DNA from: Candidatus Latescibacterota bacterium
Lineage (GTDB): Bacteria; Latescibacterota; UBA2968; GCA-2709665
Length of the DNA: 64,000 bases
NCBI GenBank assembly: GCA_965208835.1
Contig: OZ242358.1
Coordinates: 2,656,001 to 2,720,000 of the forward strand
Direction of reading: 5' to 3'
The stretch's first letter is position 1. Each line of letters opens with the position of its first letter. Made by a program: the position numbers and the translations under genes. This document shows positions 18,507 through 28,439 of the stretch, one piece after another. The notes beneath the pieces were generated by a model. That model was not told the DNA's origin. It made no database searches and worked only from the letters and a program-made list of their open reading frames with translations.

Positions 18507-20645
18507 TTAGCGCCGATGGGGCCTTCGCGGTCCGCGTGATTGGCGCGGCGGCGGTTCGACGTATCCGGGAGGCGGTTCGAACGTCGCCTTGCGACTAAGT
18601 CGAACCTTGCCCTGGTCGTCGATCGAAATGACCTTGACGTCCAGCTTATCCCCTTCGGACAGGACGTCTTCGACCTTGTTCACCCGTTGGTAGTCCAGCT
18701 CTGAAATGTGGCAGAGTCCTTCTTTTCCCGGCAGAATCTCGATAAAGGCGCCAAAGTCCAGGGTTCGCTTGACGGTGCCGTTGTACACCCTGCCGACTTC
18801 CGGATCCTCCACCAGCGCCTTGATCATCTCCATGGCTTCTTCGCCGGCCTTGGCGTCTACCGAACTGACCGTGATAAGTCCGTCGTCGTCCACTGCCACG
18901 GTCGCGCCCGTTTCTTCGATGCTGCGAATGGTCTTTCCGCCAGGACCGATTACCGTACCGATCTTTGCCGGGTCGATATATAGAGAAAGAATTCGCGGCG
19001 CGTACGGTGACAACTCCGGCTTCGGGCCGGCGATCGCTTCCGTCATTTTACCCAGAATGTGGTCCAGCGCGCCGCGCGCGCGCCCGAAAGCCTCCTGCAT
19101 GATCTCAAGACTGATACCCTTGATCTTGATGTCGAGCTGAATCGAAGTGAGTCCCTCGGCCGTGCCGGCGATCTTCAGGTCCATGTCGCCAAGATGGTCT
19201 TCCGCGCCCAGTATGTCGGTCAGCAAGGCCCAGTTGGCATTGTCGTCCCCCATGACCAGCCCGACGCCGGCACCCGCAACGGCCGTCTTGACGGGAACCC
19301 CCGCATCCATCAGGGCGAGCGATCCGCCGCACACCGTTGCCATTGAGGACGAACTGTTCGACTCCAGTATTTCGGAAACCACACGGATTGTGTAGGGGAA
19401 GTGTTTCTCATTGGGCACGACCGGAACCAGCGCTTTTTCGGCAAGGACGCCGTGCCCGATCTCCCTCCGACCGGGCGCCCCGATCCGGCGGGTTTCTCCC
19501 ACGCTGTACGAGGGAAAGTTGTAATCCAGCATGAAACTCTTGTAGGACATCCCCTCCAGATCGTCCACCATCCGGGTATCCAGCTTGCTGCCCAGCGTGG
19601 CCACACACAGCGCCTGGGTCTGGCCTCTTGTGAACACGGCCGACCCGTGTGCTCGCGGCAGAACGCCGAGTTCAATCTGAATCGGCCGTACCTCGTCCAG
19701 GGCCCTGCCGTCGATCCGGCGGCCTTCGTCCAGTATCATCCGGCGCATCTCCGCCTTGACGATTGCCTCGATCTCCGCGGTGATTTCAGCGCTTGACTCC
19801 GGAAACTCCTGTTCCAGGGCCGCCTGTGCATCGGCTTCGATGCCGGCAATGACGTTCGCCCTGTCTTCCTTCTCGGACAACCGGTTCGCGTCTGCGATGC
19901 GCTGCGCCGCATGTGCCCTTACGGCTTCTTCGAGTGCTTCATTGGGTTCGGGTTCAACGACTTCCCGCTTTGGCTTCCCGCACCTGGATACGAGTTCTTC
20001 CTGCATCTCCACGAGCCTGACGATGGCTTCCTGGCCTACCCGCAGCGCCCCAAGTACGTCGGCGTCCGGCGCCTCATGGCACTCGCCTTCGACGGAAATG
20101 ATCGACTCCTTGTTTCCGGACACGATGATGTTGATGTCGCTCTCATCCAACTGTTGGTGGGTTGGATTGATCACGTACTCGCCGTCTATCTGACCCACCT
20201 TAACAGCGCCGATCGGTCCTTCGAATGGGATATCGGAAATACAGACAGCCGCCGATGCGCCGTTCATCGCCAGCACCGCGGGGTCGTTCTCTTCATCGTA
20301 CGATAGAATCGTTACCAAAACCTGAGTTTCCACGTCCCGTTTCAGGAACAACGGCCTGATCTGGTGATCGATCAGCCTGGCGCTCAGCTTCTCCGTTGTG
20401 GAGGGTGCGCCTTCCCGTTTGAAGAAGTTCCCCGGTATCCTGCCGCTTGCGTACATTTTCTCGCGATAATCCACCGTTAACGGGAAAAAATCCATATCGG
20501 ATTCTCTGGTATCTGCCACAGTTGCCACCAGGACCACGGTTTCGCCATACTGCATCCAGACGGCGCCGTGGGCCTGCTTGGCCACGCGTCCGTGTTCAAT
20601 GGATAATGTCCGTCCTTCCAGTTCCAACTCTATTTTTTCTGCCAT
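18507..20645 (-). CDS. pnp: Polyribonucleotide nucleotidyltransferase
   Basis: FFPLTVDYRE, FTRGQTQAL, RREIGHG, EDHLGDMD, KH motif IGPGGKTI and an S1 domain. Confidence 0.97.
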   Translation of the reverse strand: MAEKIELELEGRTLSIEHGRVAKQAHGAVWMQYGETVVLVATVADTRESDMDFFPLTVDYREKMYASGRIPGNFFKREGAPSTTEKLSARLIDHQIRPLFLKRDVETQVLVTILSYDEENDPAVLAMNGASAAVCISDIPFEGPIGAVKVGQIDGEYVINPTHQQLDESDINIIVSGNKESIISVEGECHEAPDADVLGALRVGQEAIVRLVEMQEELVSRCGKPKREVVEPEPNEALEEAVRAHAAQRIADANRLSEKEDRANVIAGIEADAQAALEQEFPESSAEITAEIEAIVKAEMRRMILDEGRRIDGRALDEVRPIQIELGVLPRAHGSAVFTRGQTQALCVATLGSKLDTRMVDDLEGMSYKSFMLDYNFPSYSVGETRRIGAPGRREIGHGVLAEKALVPVVPNEKHFPYTIRVVSEILESNSSSSMATVCGGSLALMDAGVPVKTAVAGAGVGLVMGDDNANWALLTDILGAEDHLGDMDLKIAGTAEGLTSIQLDIKIKGISLEIMQEAFGRARGALDHILGKMTEAIAGPKPELSPYAPRILSLYIDPAKIGTVIGPGGKTIRSIEETGATVAVDDDGLITVSSVDAKAGEEAMEMIKALVEDPEVGRVYNGTVKRTLDFGAFIEILPGKEGLCHISELDYQRVNKVEDVLSEGDKLDVKVISIDDQGKVRLSRKATFEPPPGYVEPPPRQSRGPRRPHRR

Positions 20646-20722
20646 CCACCCCTTCTCCTCAGCAAAAATGAACGTACAGCCAGCCTGTAGAACGCAATGG
20701 GAAACATACGCTACAGGTATAA

Positions 20723-20992
20723 TTAACCACGTATTCCGAGTTTAACGATCAAAGCACGGTAGCCGGTCAGGTCGCGACGTTGCATATATCTCAGGAAACG
20801 CCGGCGCTTGCCGACCAGTTTGAGCAACCCTCGGCGGGAATGGTGATCTTTCCCGTGCCGCTGGGCGTGTTCGGTCAACATCCTGATGCGTTCCGTCAAT
20901 AGCGCGACTTGCACTTCGACGGAGCCGGTGTCACTGGCGGCCCGACCGAAGGAATCCACCAGTTCGGCTTTCCTTTCTTTTGCTAAACCCAA
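20723..20992 (-). CDS. rpsO: 30S ribosomal protein S15
   Basis: [31 protein letters not shown]; TTG start with GGAGGTG RBS. Confidence 0.97.
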   Translation of the reverse strand: MGLAKERKAELVDSFGRAASDTGSVEVQVALLTERIRMLTEHAQRHGKDHHSRRGLLKLVGKRRRFLRYMQRRDLTGYRALIVKLGIRG

Positions 20993-21948
20993 TGCTTCAC
21001 CTCCATTTGATGGTCCAACTCCTGTCCTATAATGTCACGGGCACACTGCCCGTCCTTGTGAATTTGCGCAATCAGCGATTCCGGATCCGGAAACCGGCGT
21101 TCGCCACGCAGCCGATCCAGCAGTTCCAGCGATATCCGGCGTCCGTAAAGATTCCCGCTAAAATCCAGCAGATGGGCTTCTAACAATCTGCTCTTGCCGT
21201 TAAAAGTCGGCCGCACTCCAAGGTTTACAACAGCCGCGTACGGTTCAGGCACAAACGCCTTCGCCGCGTATACACCGTTCGGCGGCAACAGTTTCATGGT
21301 ATCGTCGGGCACGATATTCGCGGTCGGATAACCCAGCTCCCGCCCCCGGCCGTCGCCCGGCGCCACACGGCCTGAAACGGGATATCCGCCTCCAAGCATC
21401 TCGCGCGCTTCGTCGATTCTGCCCTCTCGAATCAGGTCCCGAAGCCGGCTGCTGCTCACCGGGCGCTCTCCCGCCATCGTGGGGGACACAATAGCAACGT
21501 CGAAACCGAACCGATGACCGAGCGCCCGCATGGTATCGGGATCGCCGCTGCGACCCTTGCCGAATCCGTGATCGTAACCCAGCACCACGACCTTCGCGTC
21601 CAGATACGTCACCAGATAGGTCGATACGAATGCCTCGGGACTCAGCATCTGTACCTCCCTGGTGAACGGGACGACCGCCAGAATGTCGATTCCGGCGTCC
21701 TGAAGCCGCCGCCGCTTCTCCTCCATCGACGTAAGGACGACCGGCGGGTCGTCGGGATGGATAACTGCCCGCGGATGTGGATCGAACGTTACTGCAACGG
21801 CGCTGCCCGACCGTGCCCGGGCCATGGCGACGACGGCTTCGATTACAGCGCGATGTCCCCGGTGGACACCGTCGAAGGTGCCGGTCGTTACCACCGTATT
21901 TTTTAGCTCGAGCGTCTGTTCCAAAGTCCGTGTCTGCATCCGGATCAA
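20983..21948 (-). CDS. ribF: Bifunctional riboflavin kinase/FAD synthetase
   Basis: [41 protein letters not shown]. The start may be ATG 21939. Confidence 0.95.
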   Translation of the reverse strand: MIRMQTRTLEQTLELKNTVVTTGTFDGVHRGHRAVIEAVVAMARARSGSAVAVTFDPHPRAVIHPDDPPVVLTSMEEKRRRLQDAGIDILAVVPFTREVQMLSPEAFVSTYLVTYLDAKVVVLGYDHGFGKGRSGDPDTMRALGHRFGFDVAIVSPTMAGERPVSSSRLRDLIREGRIDEAREMLGGGYPVSGRVAPGDGRGRELGYPTANIVPDDTMKLLPPNGVYAAKAFVPEPYAAVVNLGVRPTFNGKSRLLEAHLLDFSGNLYGRRISLELLDRLRGERRFPDPESLIAQIHKDGQCARDIIGQELDHQMEVKHWV

Positions 21949-22838
21949 CTTTCAGGCTGACGCAGCACCCGAACCGGCTTCAGCATCCGGTCGGAGGCCC
22001 GCCAGCGTCCGATGCCGAGCAACACCCCCTCGGGATAGAGCGCCCTCACGAGCCGACCCGACTCGAGAGCGGTACTGTCTTCCAGATTCGCGACGGCATT
22101 TCCGTGAGCAAAACACCCTGCCTGAGCGGCATCCAGGTTGAGACGCGGCAGGTCACGCAATAACCGGTTGGGATCCATCAGAAACGGCTGCAACTCCGCT
22201 TTCGATCGAACGGATTCGAGCTGGTCGAACGTGACGCACTGGTCAATGCGAACAGGGCCGGCGGCCGTACGTCTGAGTCCGGCCAGATACGCGCCGCATC
22301 CCAGCTTCCGGCCGATATCGTCGGCCAGGGTGCGGACATAAGTCCCTTTTGAACAGGAGACCGTCAGGTGTAGATCGGGAGGCCTGAAATCTTCTAATTC
22401 AATTTCGTAAACGCGCACGCGGGACGGTCGTCGGGCGACTTCCGTGCCCTCCCGTGCCAGTTGGTACAACCGCCTGCCATCCATCTTTCGGGCCGAGAAC
22501 ATTGGCGGAATCTGTTCGATTTCGCCGACAAACCCAGCCACCGTGGCACGGACGTCCTCCAACCGGCCGGGTACTCGGTTGGATCGCGCAACGACGTCGC
22601 CTTCCGCGTCGAGCGTGCTTGTGCGGACCCCGAGACGGACATGGGCGGAGTACGTCTTGTCGTGGTCCGTGAGATAGGAACTGAGCCGGGTCGCCCTGCC
22701 CAGACACAGCACGAGGACGCCGGTCGCGAGCGGATCCAGGGTGCCCGTATGCCCTACCTTCCGGATGTTCAGCCGGCGTCGAACACGGTCAATCACGTCG
22801 TGGGACGTCATTCCCGGGGGCTTGTCAATCGGCAACAC
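21945..22838 (-). CDS. truB: tRNA pseudouridine(55) synthase
   Basis: DKPPGMTSHD, KVGHTGTLDPLATG, CSKGTYVRTL. The start may be upstream at ATC 22853. Confidence 0.96.
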   Translation of the reverse strand: MLPIDKPPGMTSHDVIDRVRRRLNIRKVGHTGTLDPLATGVLVLCLGRATRLSSYLTDHDKTYSAHVRLGVRTSTLDAEGDVVARSNRVPGRLEDVRATVAGFVGEIEQIPPMFSARKMDGRRLYQLAREGTEVARRPSRVRVYEIELEDFRPPDLHLTVSCSKGTYVRTLADDIGRKLGCGAYLAGLRRTAAGPVRIDQCVTFDQLESVRSKAELQPFLMDPNRLLRDLPRLNLDAAQAGCFAHGNAVANLEDSTALESGRLVRALYPEGVLLGIGRWRASDRMLKPVRVLRQPES

Positions 22839-22866
22839 GCCAGTGACGTTGATTCTGCCCTCCGTT

Positions 22867-23205
22867 CTACGAATTCAAGTCGTCCAGCAGCCTGTCGATC
22901 CTGCTGGCCTGTTCCAGAGACTCGTCCAGCCTGAACTCCAGTTCCGGCACGTTTCTCAGCCGGATGCGTCCGCCCAGTTCCCTGCGGAGGAACGGGAGCG
23001 CCCGCTGGAGTGTCTTGAGGCTCTCGTCGCGAATCTGATCCTCACCCATCACGCTGACGTGTACCCGCGCGAATTTCAGATCTCGCGACACCTGCACGCC
23101 CGTGACGGTGACGTAGCCCAGACGGGGGTCTTTAAGGTGCCGGTGGATCAGGTCACTGAGTTCCAACTGTATCTGCCGACCCACACTCTCCGAACGCCAC
23201 ATCAC
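22867..23205 (-). CDS. rbfA: Ribosome-binding factor A
   Basis: LKDPRL, VSRDLKFARV, LRNVPELEF..DES. Confidence 0.95.
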   Translation of the reverse strand: MMWRSESVGRQIQLELSDLIHRHLKDPRLGYVTVTGVQVSRDLKFARVHVSVMGEDQIRDESLKTLQRALPFLRRELGGRIRLRNVPELEFRLDESLEQASRIDRLLDDLNS

Positions 23206-23483
23206 ATCAGTTCCAGAGAATAGTCAACGAGCTCCAAACGATGGTCCCGCTGCACCTGGTCTACGACTTTGGAAAGCACGCGATTGACGTAACGAGATTC
23301 GTTTGCCACCATCGCAACGCCAACCTCAGCCTTCTGCCAGAGTTCGTTATGACCGACCTCGGAAACGGACACGTTGTATTTCGCCCGGATCCGTTGCCGA
23401 AGACTCTCAAGAACACGGCGTTTACTCTTCAGGGAGCCGCTTTCGGGCAGATATAAAACCAGACGACACAGGCCGATGGTCAT
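23202..23483 (-). CDS. DUF503 (YlxP) family protein
   Basis: SLKSKRRV...NVSVSEVG; conserved position between infB and rbfA. Confidence 0.9.
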   Translation of the reverse strand: MTIGLCRLVLYLPESGSLKSKRRVLESLRQRIRAKYNVSVSEVGHNELWQKAEVGVAMVANESRYVNRVLSKVVDQVQRDHRLELVDYSLELM

Positions 23484-23486
23484 GTC

Positions 23487-25955
23487 TTATAGCGTGCGCG
23501 CGGTCTCAACGTGTTCATAGGCCTCGATCACATCGCCCAGCTTGGTATCGTTGAAATTCTCCAGGCCGATACCGCATTCAAACCCGGACTGGACCTCCCT
23601 CACGTCGTCCTTGAACCTGCGCAGGGACCCGACCCGGCCCTCGTAAACGACAACATTGTCGCGCAGCACCCGCACCATGGCGCTGCGTGTCATTCTCCCG
23701 TTGGAAATGTAACAGCCGGCGATGATTCCGACCCGCGGCACCTGGAACGTCTCCCGGACCTCCGCCGATCCCACCACCTGTTCGTCGATCTCGGGGGTGA
23801 GCAAACCGGCAAGCGCCGCCTTGATGTCTTCCACCGCTTCGTAGATCACCCGGTAGGAACGGACGTCGACCCGCTCCTGGGCAACCACTTCTCGCGCGCG
23901 GACATCCGGACGCACATTGAATCCGATGATGATCGCGTCCGATGCGGAAGCGAGCAGTACGTCGGACTCCGACACCGCACCCACCCCGCGGTGGATCACG
24001 TTGATGCGGACTTCGTCGCTTGGGATCTGCATCAGGGAGTCGTGGAGTGCTTCTACGGAACCGTCGACGTCTCCCTTTAGTATCAGACGCAACTCCTGGA
24101 CCTGACCGGCCTTGATCTGATCGTGAATGTCAACCAGGCTGACCCTGCGTATCCTGTGTGCTTCCCGCTCACGGCGCAATTGCTGCCTTTTCTGGCTGAT
24201 ATCCCTGGCGGTACGTTCGTTTTCCACGGAGTAGAAGGAGTCTCCGGCCTGAGGCAGCCCGGACAGGCCAAGCACCTGGACCGGCACCGAGGGTCCTGCA
24301 TCGGGAACCCGATGCCCGCGCTCGTCCAATAAAGCCCTCGCCCTGCCACTGTAGAGACCTGTGACGAAAGTATCGCCGACGCTGAGCGTTCCTTCCTGAA
24401 CGAGCACGGTCGCCACATTGCCGCGGCCTCGGTCCAGGCGGGCCTCGACAATGGCGCCTTTCGCGCGTTTCGCCGGATTGGCCTTCAGCTCCAGCAGATC
24501 GGTTTCCAATGCCAGCAACTCAAGCAGATCGTTGACGTTCTCACCGGTCTTTGCGGAGATCTCACAGGACTGAACCTTACCTCCGTATTCCTCAAGTACA
24601 ACACTGTGTTCCGTCAGTTGCCGCTTGATTCGATCCACGTCCGCACCAGGAAGGTCTATCTTGTTGATGGCCAGCACCATCGGAACGCCCGCCGCGCGTG
24701 CATGGTCGATCGCTTCCACCGTCTGGGGCATGACATTGTCGTCGGCCGCCACAATGAGGACAACCACGTCCGTCACCTGGGCTCCCCTGGCGCGCATCGC
24801 GGTAAATGCCTCGTGACCTGGCGTATCGAGAAAGGTCACCATGCGTCCGTTGTCCAGTTCCACGTGATATGCGCCGATATGCTGGGTGATGCCGCCCGCC
24901 TCTCCCGCGACCACGTTGGTGTTGCGGACATAATCCAGAAGCGACGTCTTGCCGTGGTCGACATGGCCCATGATGGTGACCACCGGAGGACGCGGCGCGA
25001 GATCGTCTTCCACGTCTTCTTCTTCCTGTTCCAGCACGTCTTCCGCAAACTCCTGGAGTTCTTCAACGCCAATCCCGAACTCGTCGGCAACCAGGGTAAT
25101 GGTGTCCATATCCAGCCGCTGGTTGATGGTGACCATAAGGCCCAACGTGAGACATTGTTTTATGACGTCGGTGAGCGGTATGTCCATCAGTGTCGACAAC
25201 TCGCCTACCGTCGTAAACTCGTTAACCTTGATGATGCGTTCTATACCCTCTTCTTCGCCGGCGTCCTCGTCGTCCCTGCGACGGCGTCGACGTGAACGGG
25301 CCGTGCCAGTCTCCATCTGAGCCATCGTGCGGCGTACGCTGGCTTCGATTTCCGTCTGGTCCGGTGCGGGCCTGCCGCGCCTTCGGCGACGGCGCCTGCC
25401 TTCGCCCTTTTCAGGGGCGGGTTTTTCCTGCGGCTTCGATGACTCGGTCTGGCTGCGCGTTCCCGGTGCGCCAACGACCTCAACCGTCGGTTCTCTGCGC
25501 GCCGCATCGCGCCTTCGCCGGCGCGTTGCCTGGTCGTCGCGGATTTCACGAATCTCTACCGCCTCGCGGACCGGCTCCGCAGGTTTGGGCGTTTCCGTCT
25601 TCTTTGACGCGGCCTTTTTCGCGCTTGCGGTTCTGGTCCTGGCGGGTGTCTTCCTGGCTTCCTTTTCGGCTCCCTGACGTTGCCTTCGCTGCTCGGACTT
25701 GCGTTTGATTTCCTGGCGTGAGGCGTTACGCTCCTCCTCGAATTTTCCCTGAATGCTGTCGAACATCTCCTTGGTACAGACGGCCATGTGATTCTTGACA
25801 TCGAATCCCAGACCCCTGACCACTTCGACCATTGCAACACTCGAGAGATTGAACTCCCGCGCAACTTCGTAGATTCGGCGTTTCTTGCCATCGGTGTCGT
25901 CGGATGCCGCGGTGGCCGTCGTTGCGGGCGCATTTCTGTTCATCTTCCGACTCAC
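23487..25955 (-). CDS. infB: Translation initiation factor IF-2
   Basis: [43 protein letters not shown]. Confidence 0.97.
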   Translation of the reverse strand: MSRKMNRNAPATTATAASDDTDGKKRRIYEVAREFNLSSVAMVEVVRGLGFDVKNHMAVCTKEMFDSIQGKFEEERNASRQEIKRKSEQRRQRQGAEKEARKTPARTRTASAKKAASKKTETPKPAEPVREAVEIREIRDDQATRRRRRDAARREPTVEVVGAPGTRSQTESSKPQEKPAPEKGEGRRRRRRRGRPAPDQTEIEASVRRTMAQMETGTARSRRRRRRDDEDAGEEEGIERIIKVNEFTTVGELSTLMDIPLTDVIKQCLTLGLMVTINQRLDMDTITLVADEFGIGVEELQEFAEDVLEQEEEDVEDDLAPRPPVVTIMGHVDHGKTSLLDYVRNTNVVAGEAGGITQHIGAYHVELDNGRMVTFLDTPGHEAFTAMRARGAQVTDVVVLIVAADDNVMPQTVEAIDHARAAGVPMVLAINKIDLPGADVDRIKRQLTEHSVVLEEYGGKVQSCEISAKTGENVNDLLELLALETDLLELKANPAKRAKGAIVEARLDRGRGNVATVLVQEGTLSVGDTFVTGLYSGRARALLDERGHRVPDAGPSVPVQVLGLSGLPQAGDSFYSVENERTARDISQKRQQLRREREAHRIRRVSLVDIHDQIKAGQVQELRLILKGDVDGSVEALHDSLMQIPSDEVRINVIHRGVGAVSESDVLLASASDAIIIGFNVRPDVRAREVVAQERVDVRSYRVIYEAVEDIKAALAGLLTPEIDEQVVGSAEVRETFQVPRVGIIAGCYISNGRMTRSAMVRVLRDNVVVYEGRVGSLRRFKDDVREVQSGFECGIGLENFNDTKLGDVIEAYEHVETARTL

Positions 25956-27478
25956 CTCCCTTCATCTTCCGAGGGTCTGCTGACCTGATTGTCTTCAGAT
26001 GCCGCAGGCTGTACCGCCGCGCCTTCTTCCGAAAGCTCAATCTCCCCGTCCGCCTCCGGCTCGTCCTCGTCCGCCTCCGCGGACGCAGCTGCTTCGGCAG
26101 CCGCTGCAGCCTCCGCCTCCGCGATGCGCGCCGCTTCCTCTTCAGCAATGCGTGCCGCTTCCTCTTCAGCAATGCGTGCCGCTTCCTCGGCCCGCTGCCT
26201 TTCAAGTTCCTCTCGGTAGGCCTGCACCTTTACGGTCACGATTTCATCCGCGGCACTCTGGATCTTTTCGCCGGTGGACTCCCCAATTCCGGGTACTTCG
26301 AGCAATCGTACGAGCGACACATCCACAAGATCGTTGGCGGACAATATTCCCGCGGCCTCGAGACGATCCAGCATCACTTTCCCCACGCCGGCGACTTCCG
26401 TCAGTGGTACGAATGTCGCCTCCTTTTCCAACTGCATTTCCTGGAATCGGGTCTCCGTGATTATATCGACCTTCCAGCCGGTAAGTTGCGCTGCCAGACG
26501 GGCGTTCTGCCCTGACTTACCAATTGCCAGCGACAACTGGTCGTCTTCGACGATCGCCGTCATCGTCGTTTTGTTGCGATCGACCACCACGCGTTTGACC
26601 GTTGCGGGACTCAGCGAACGGGAAAGGAAGATGGCTTCGTCGTCGCTCCAGGGTACGATGTCGATCCGCTCGTTGCTCAACTCCCGAACGACCGCCTGGA
26701 CACGGGACCCTTTCATACCCACGCAGGCGCCAACCGGATCGATCCTGGCGTCGTTTGAGTATACCGCGATCTTCGCCCTTTCGCCCGGTTCACGGGCGAC
26801 CGCCTTGATTTCAATGATGCCCTCATAGATTTCAGGGACTTCGAACTGGAAGAGCTTGACCAGAAACTGCGGATGTGTCCGGGACAGCACCACCTGAGGC
26901 CCCTTGGAGGTGCGGAGGACATTGACGAGATAGGCGCGTATGGGGTCTCCCTGTCGGTAACGCTCCTTGCGAATCTGCTCCTTGAGCGGGATGACCGCCT
27001 CGGTGCGCCCCAGGTTAATCAGAATATCGCCGTGGCTGATCTGCTGGACGGTACCGCTGATGATTTCGCCGATCCGAGTCTGGTAATCCTCGTAGATTTT
27101 CTCGCGCTCGGCTTCCCGAACCCGCTGGATCAGGATCTGCTTGGTGGACTGAATGGCATTCCGGCCGAAGTCGGCGAACCGGAGCATCTGCCTGATTTCC
27201 CCGTTGACCTTCACACCCGGTTCAATCTCACGCGCAGCCGTAAGGCCGATCTGAAGGGACGGGTCCTCGATCTCTTCGTCCTTGACGACGGATTTGATGG
27301 CGAAGACCTCGATATCGCCGGAATTGGCGTCTATATTCACCTCGACGTTGTCCGACGTGCCGTACCGCCTCTTCGTTGCGGAGAGCAGCCCTATTTCAAG
27401 GGTTTCGATGACCAGTGCCTTGTCGACGTTTTTTTCCTGGGCAATCTGGCCCAGCGCCTCCAGGACTTCGTAATTCAA
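25952..27478 (-). CDS. nusA: Transcription termination/antitermination factor NusA with acidic C-terminal extension
   Basis: FGRNAIQ, AREPGERAK, DPVGACVG, AIGKSGQNARLA; HhH-like segments and an acidic tail. Confidence 0.96.
   Translation of the reverse strand: MNYEVLEALGQIAQEKNVDKALVIETLEIGLLSATKRRYGTSDNVEVNIDANSGDIEVFAIKSVVKDEEIEDPSLQIGLTAAREIEPGVKVNGEIRQMLRFADFGRNAIQSTKQILIQRVREAEREKIYEDYQTRIGEIISGTVQQISHGDILINLGRTEAVIPLKEQIRKERYRQGDPIRAYLVNVLRTSKGPQVVLSRTHPQFLVKLFQFEVPEIYEGIIEIKAVAREPGERAKIAVYSNDARIDPVGACVGMKGSRVQAVVRELSNERIDIVPWSDDEAIFLSRSLSPATVKRVVVDRNKTTMTAIVEDDQLSLAIGKSGQNARLAAQLTGWKVDIITETRFQEMQLEKEATFVPLTEVAGVGKVMLDRLEAAGILSANDLVDVSLVRLLEVPGIGESTGEKIQSAADEIVTVKVQAYREELERQRAEEAARIAEEEAARIAEEEAARIAEAEAAAAAEAAASAEADEDEPEADGEIELSEEGAAVQPAASEDNQVSRPSEDEGR
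26121..26188 (-). repeat. 24-bp in-frame tandem repeat (~3 copies, EEEAARIA) within nusA
   Basis: Unit GCAATGCGTGCCGCTTCCTCTTCA is repeated on the + strand. Confidence 0.85.
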
Positions 27479-27490
27479 AAGAAGATCTCC

Positions 27491-27940
27491 TCAAAATTCA
27501 AAATGCAGGTTGGCTTTTCGTATTTCGTCCGCCGGAACGATCCGGGTCCGGCCATCGACAGCAAGCACAACTTCGGGGCCGTCGAATCGCATCAACCGGC
27601 CAATCAGGACGCGCCCGCCATCCAGTATTACCTTTACGGTGCGGCCGACGGCGCGTTTGTAGTCGCGATCCGACTTCAGGGGTCTGTCGAGCCCGGGCGA
27701 GGAGACCTCAAGTAGGTACCGCCCGCTGATCGGATCGTGAGTATCGAGGACATCCGCGATTCCGCGGCTTAGGCGCGCACATTCATCGACGGTGATCCCG
27801 CCCACGCGATCCACGTCGATGCGAAGCGTCAGGTTCCGGGGGTTGCCGGAAAGCTGAAGGTCAACCAGGTCCGCACCCTGGTGCTTCAGATAGGGCGCGA
27901 CCAGCTTTTCGATGCATTCCTGCAGCGCCGGATCGTCCAT
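27491..27940 (-). CDS. rimP: Ribosome maturation factor RimP
   Basis: GGITVDEC, YLLEVSSPGLDRPL. Confidence 0.95.
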   Translation of the reverse strand: MDDPALQECIEKLVAPYLKHQGADLVDLQLSGNPRNLTLRIDVDRVGGITVDECARLSRGIADVLDTHDPISGRYLLEVSSPGLDRPLKSDRDYKRAVGRTVKVILDGGRVLIGRLMRFDGPEVVLAVDGRTRIVPADEIRKANLHFEF

Positions 27941-27973
27941 AAACCGGAAACTCGAACTGTAGCCCACATATTC

Positions 27974-27998
27974 AAAAGAGCGGGCACCCGCCCACTCT
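27974..27998 (-). promoter_or_regulatory. rimP leader hairpin/attenuator
   Basis: AGAGTGGGC-gggt-GCCCGCTCT-TTT upstream of rimP; resembles the GAGTGGG..CCC(A/G)CTC leader found before rimP-nusA in many bacteria. Confidence 0.65.
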
Positions 27999-28015
27999 CG
28001 CTGTTCAGAAAAATA

Positions 28016-28044
28016 AATATATGGTATTTCACACTATAGCGCAA
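28016..28044 (-). promoter_or_regulatory. Putative sigma70 promoter of the rimP-nusA-infB operon
   Basis: TTGCGC-17 nt-TATATT. Confidence 0.55.
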
Positions 28045-28070
28045 GCACAAATTTCCCAAACGAGACCCTC

Positions 28071-28433
28071 TCAGGCGCCTCCGTCGACCAAGCGTCTGAG
28101 TTCGTCAAGCATACCGCGCATCTCCTTCAGGACGTCGTCCAGTTCCGGCGGTTGCCCGGCTCCGGCAGTCTCCGTTTCGACATTGAGGTCTCTCCAAAGC
28201 GAGGGTTTTTCACGCAGCCGTTCGCGCGCTCCCTGAAGCGTATATTTCTCGTCCTGCCTCAGACGTCTGATGGCAAGGGCAATTTTGATATCCCGCTCCT
28301 GATAGAGCCGCTTCCCGGCGCGTGCCCGCCTGGGCCGGAGCATGGTAAATTCCTTCTCCCAATAGCGCAATACCTGAGGTTCGATACCGGTCTTTTCAGC
28401 GACTTCCCGGATGGAATAGTAGATCTTGTTCAT
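28071..28433 (-). CDS. MerR family transcriptional regulator
   Basis: YYSIREVAEKTGIEPQVLRYWEKEF..GKRLY. Confidence 0.9.
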   Translation of the reverse strand: MNKIYYSIREVAEKTGIEPQVLRYWEKEFTMLRPRRARAGKRLYQERDIKIALAIRRLRQDEKYTLQGARERLREKPSLWRDLNVETETAGAGQPPELDDVLKEMRGMLDELRRLVDGGA

Positions 28434-28439
28434 TCGATA

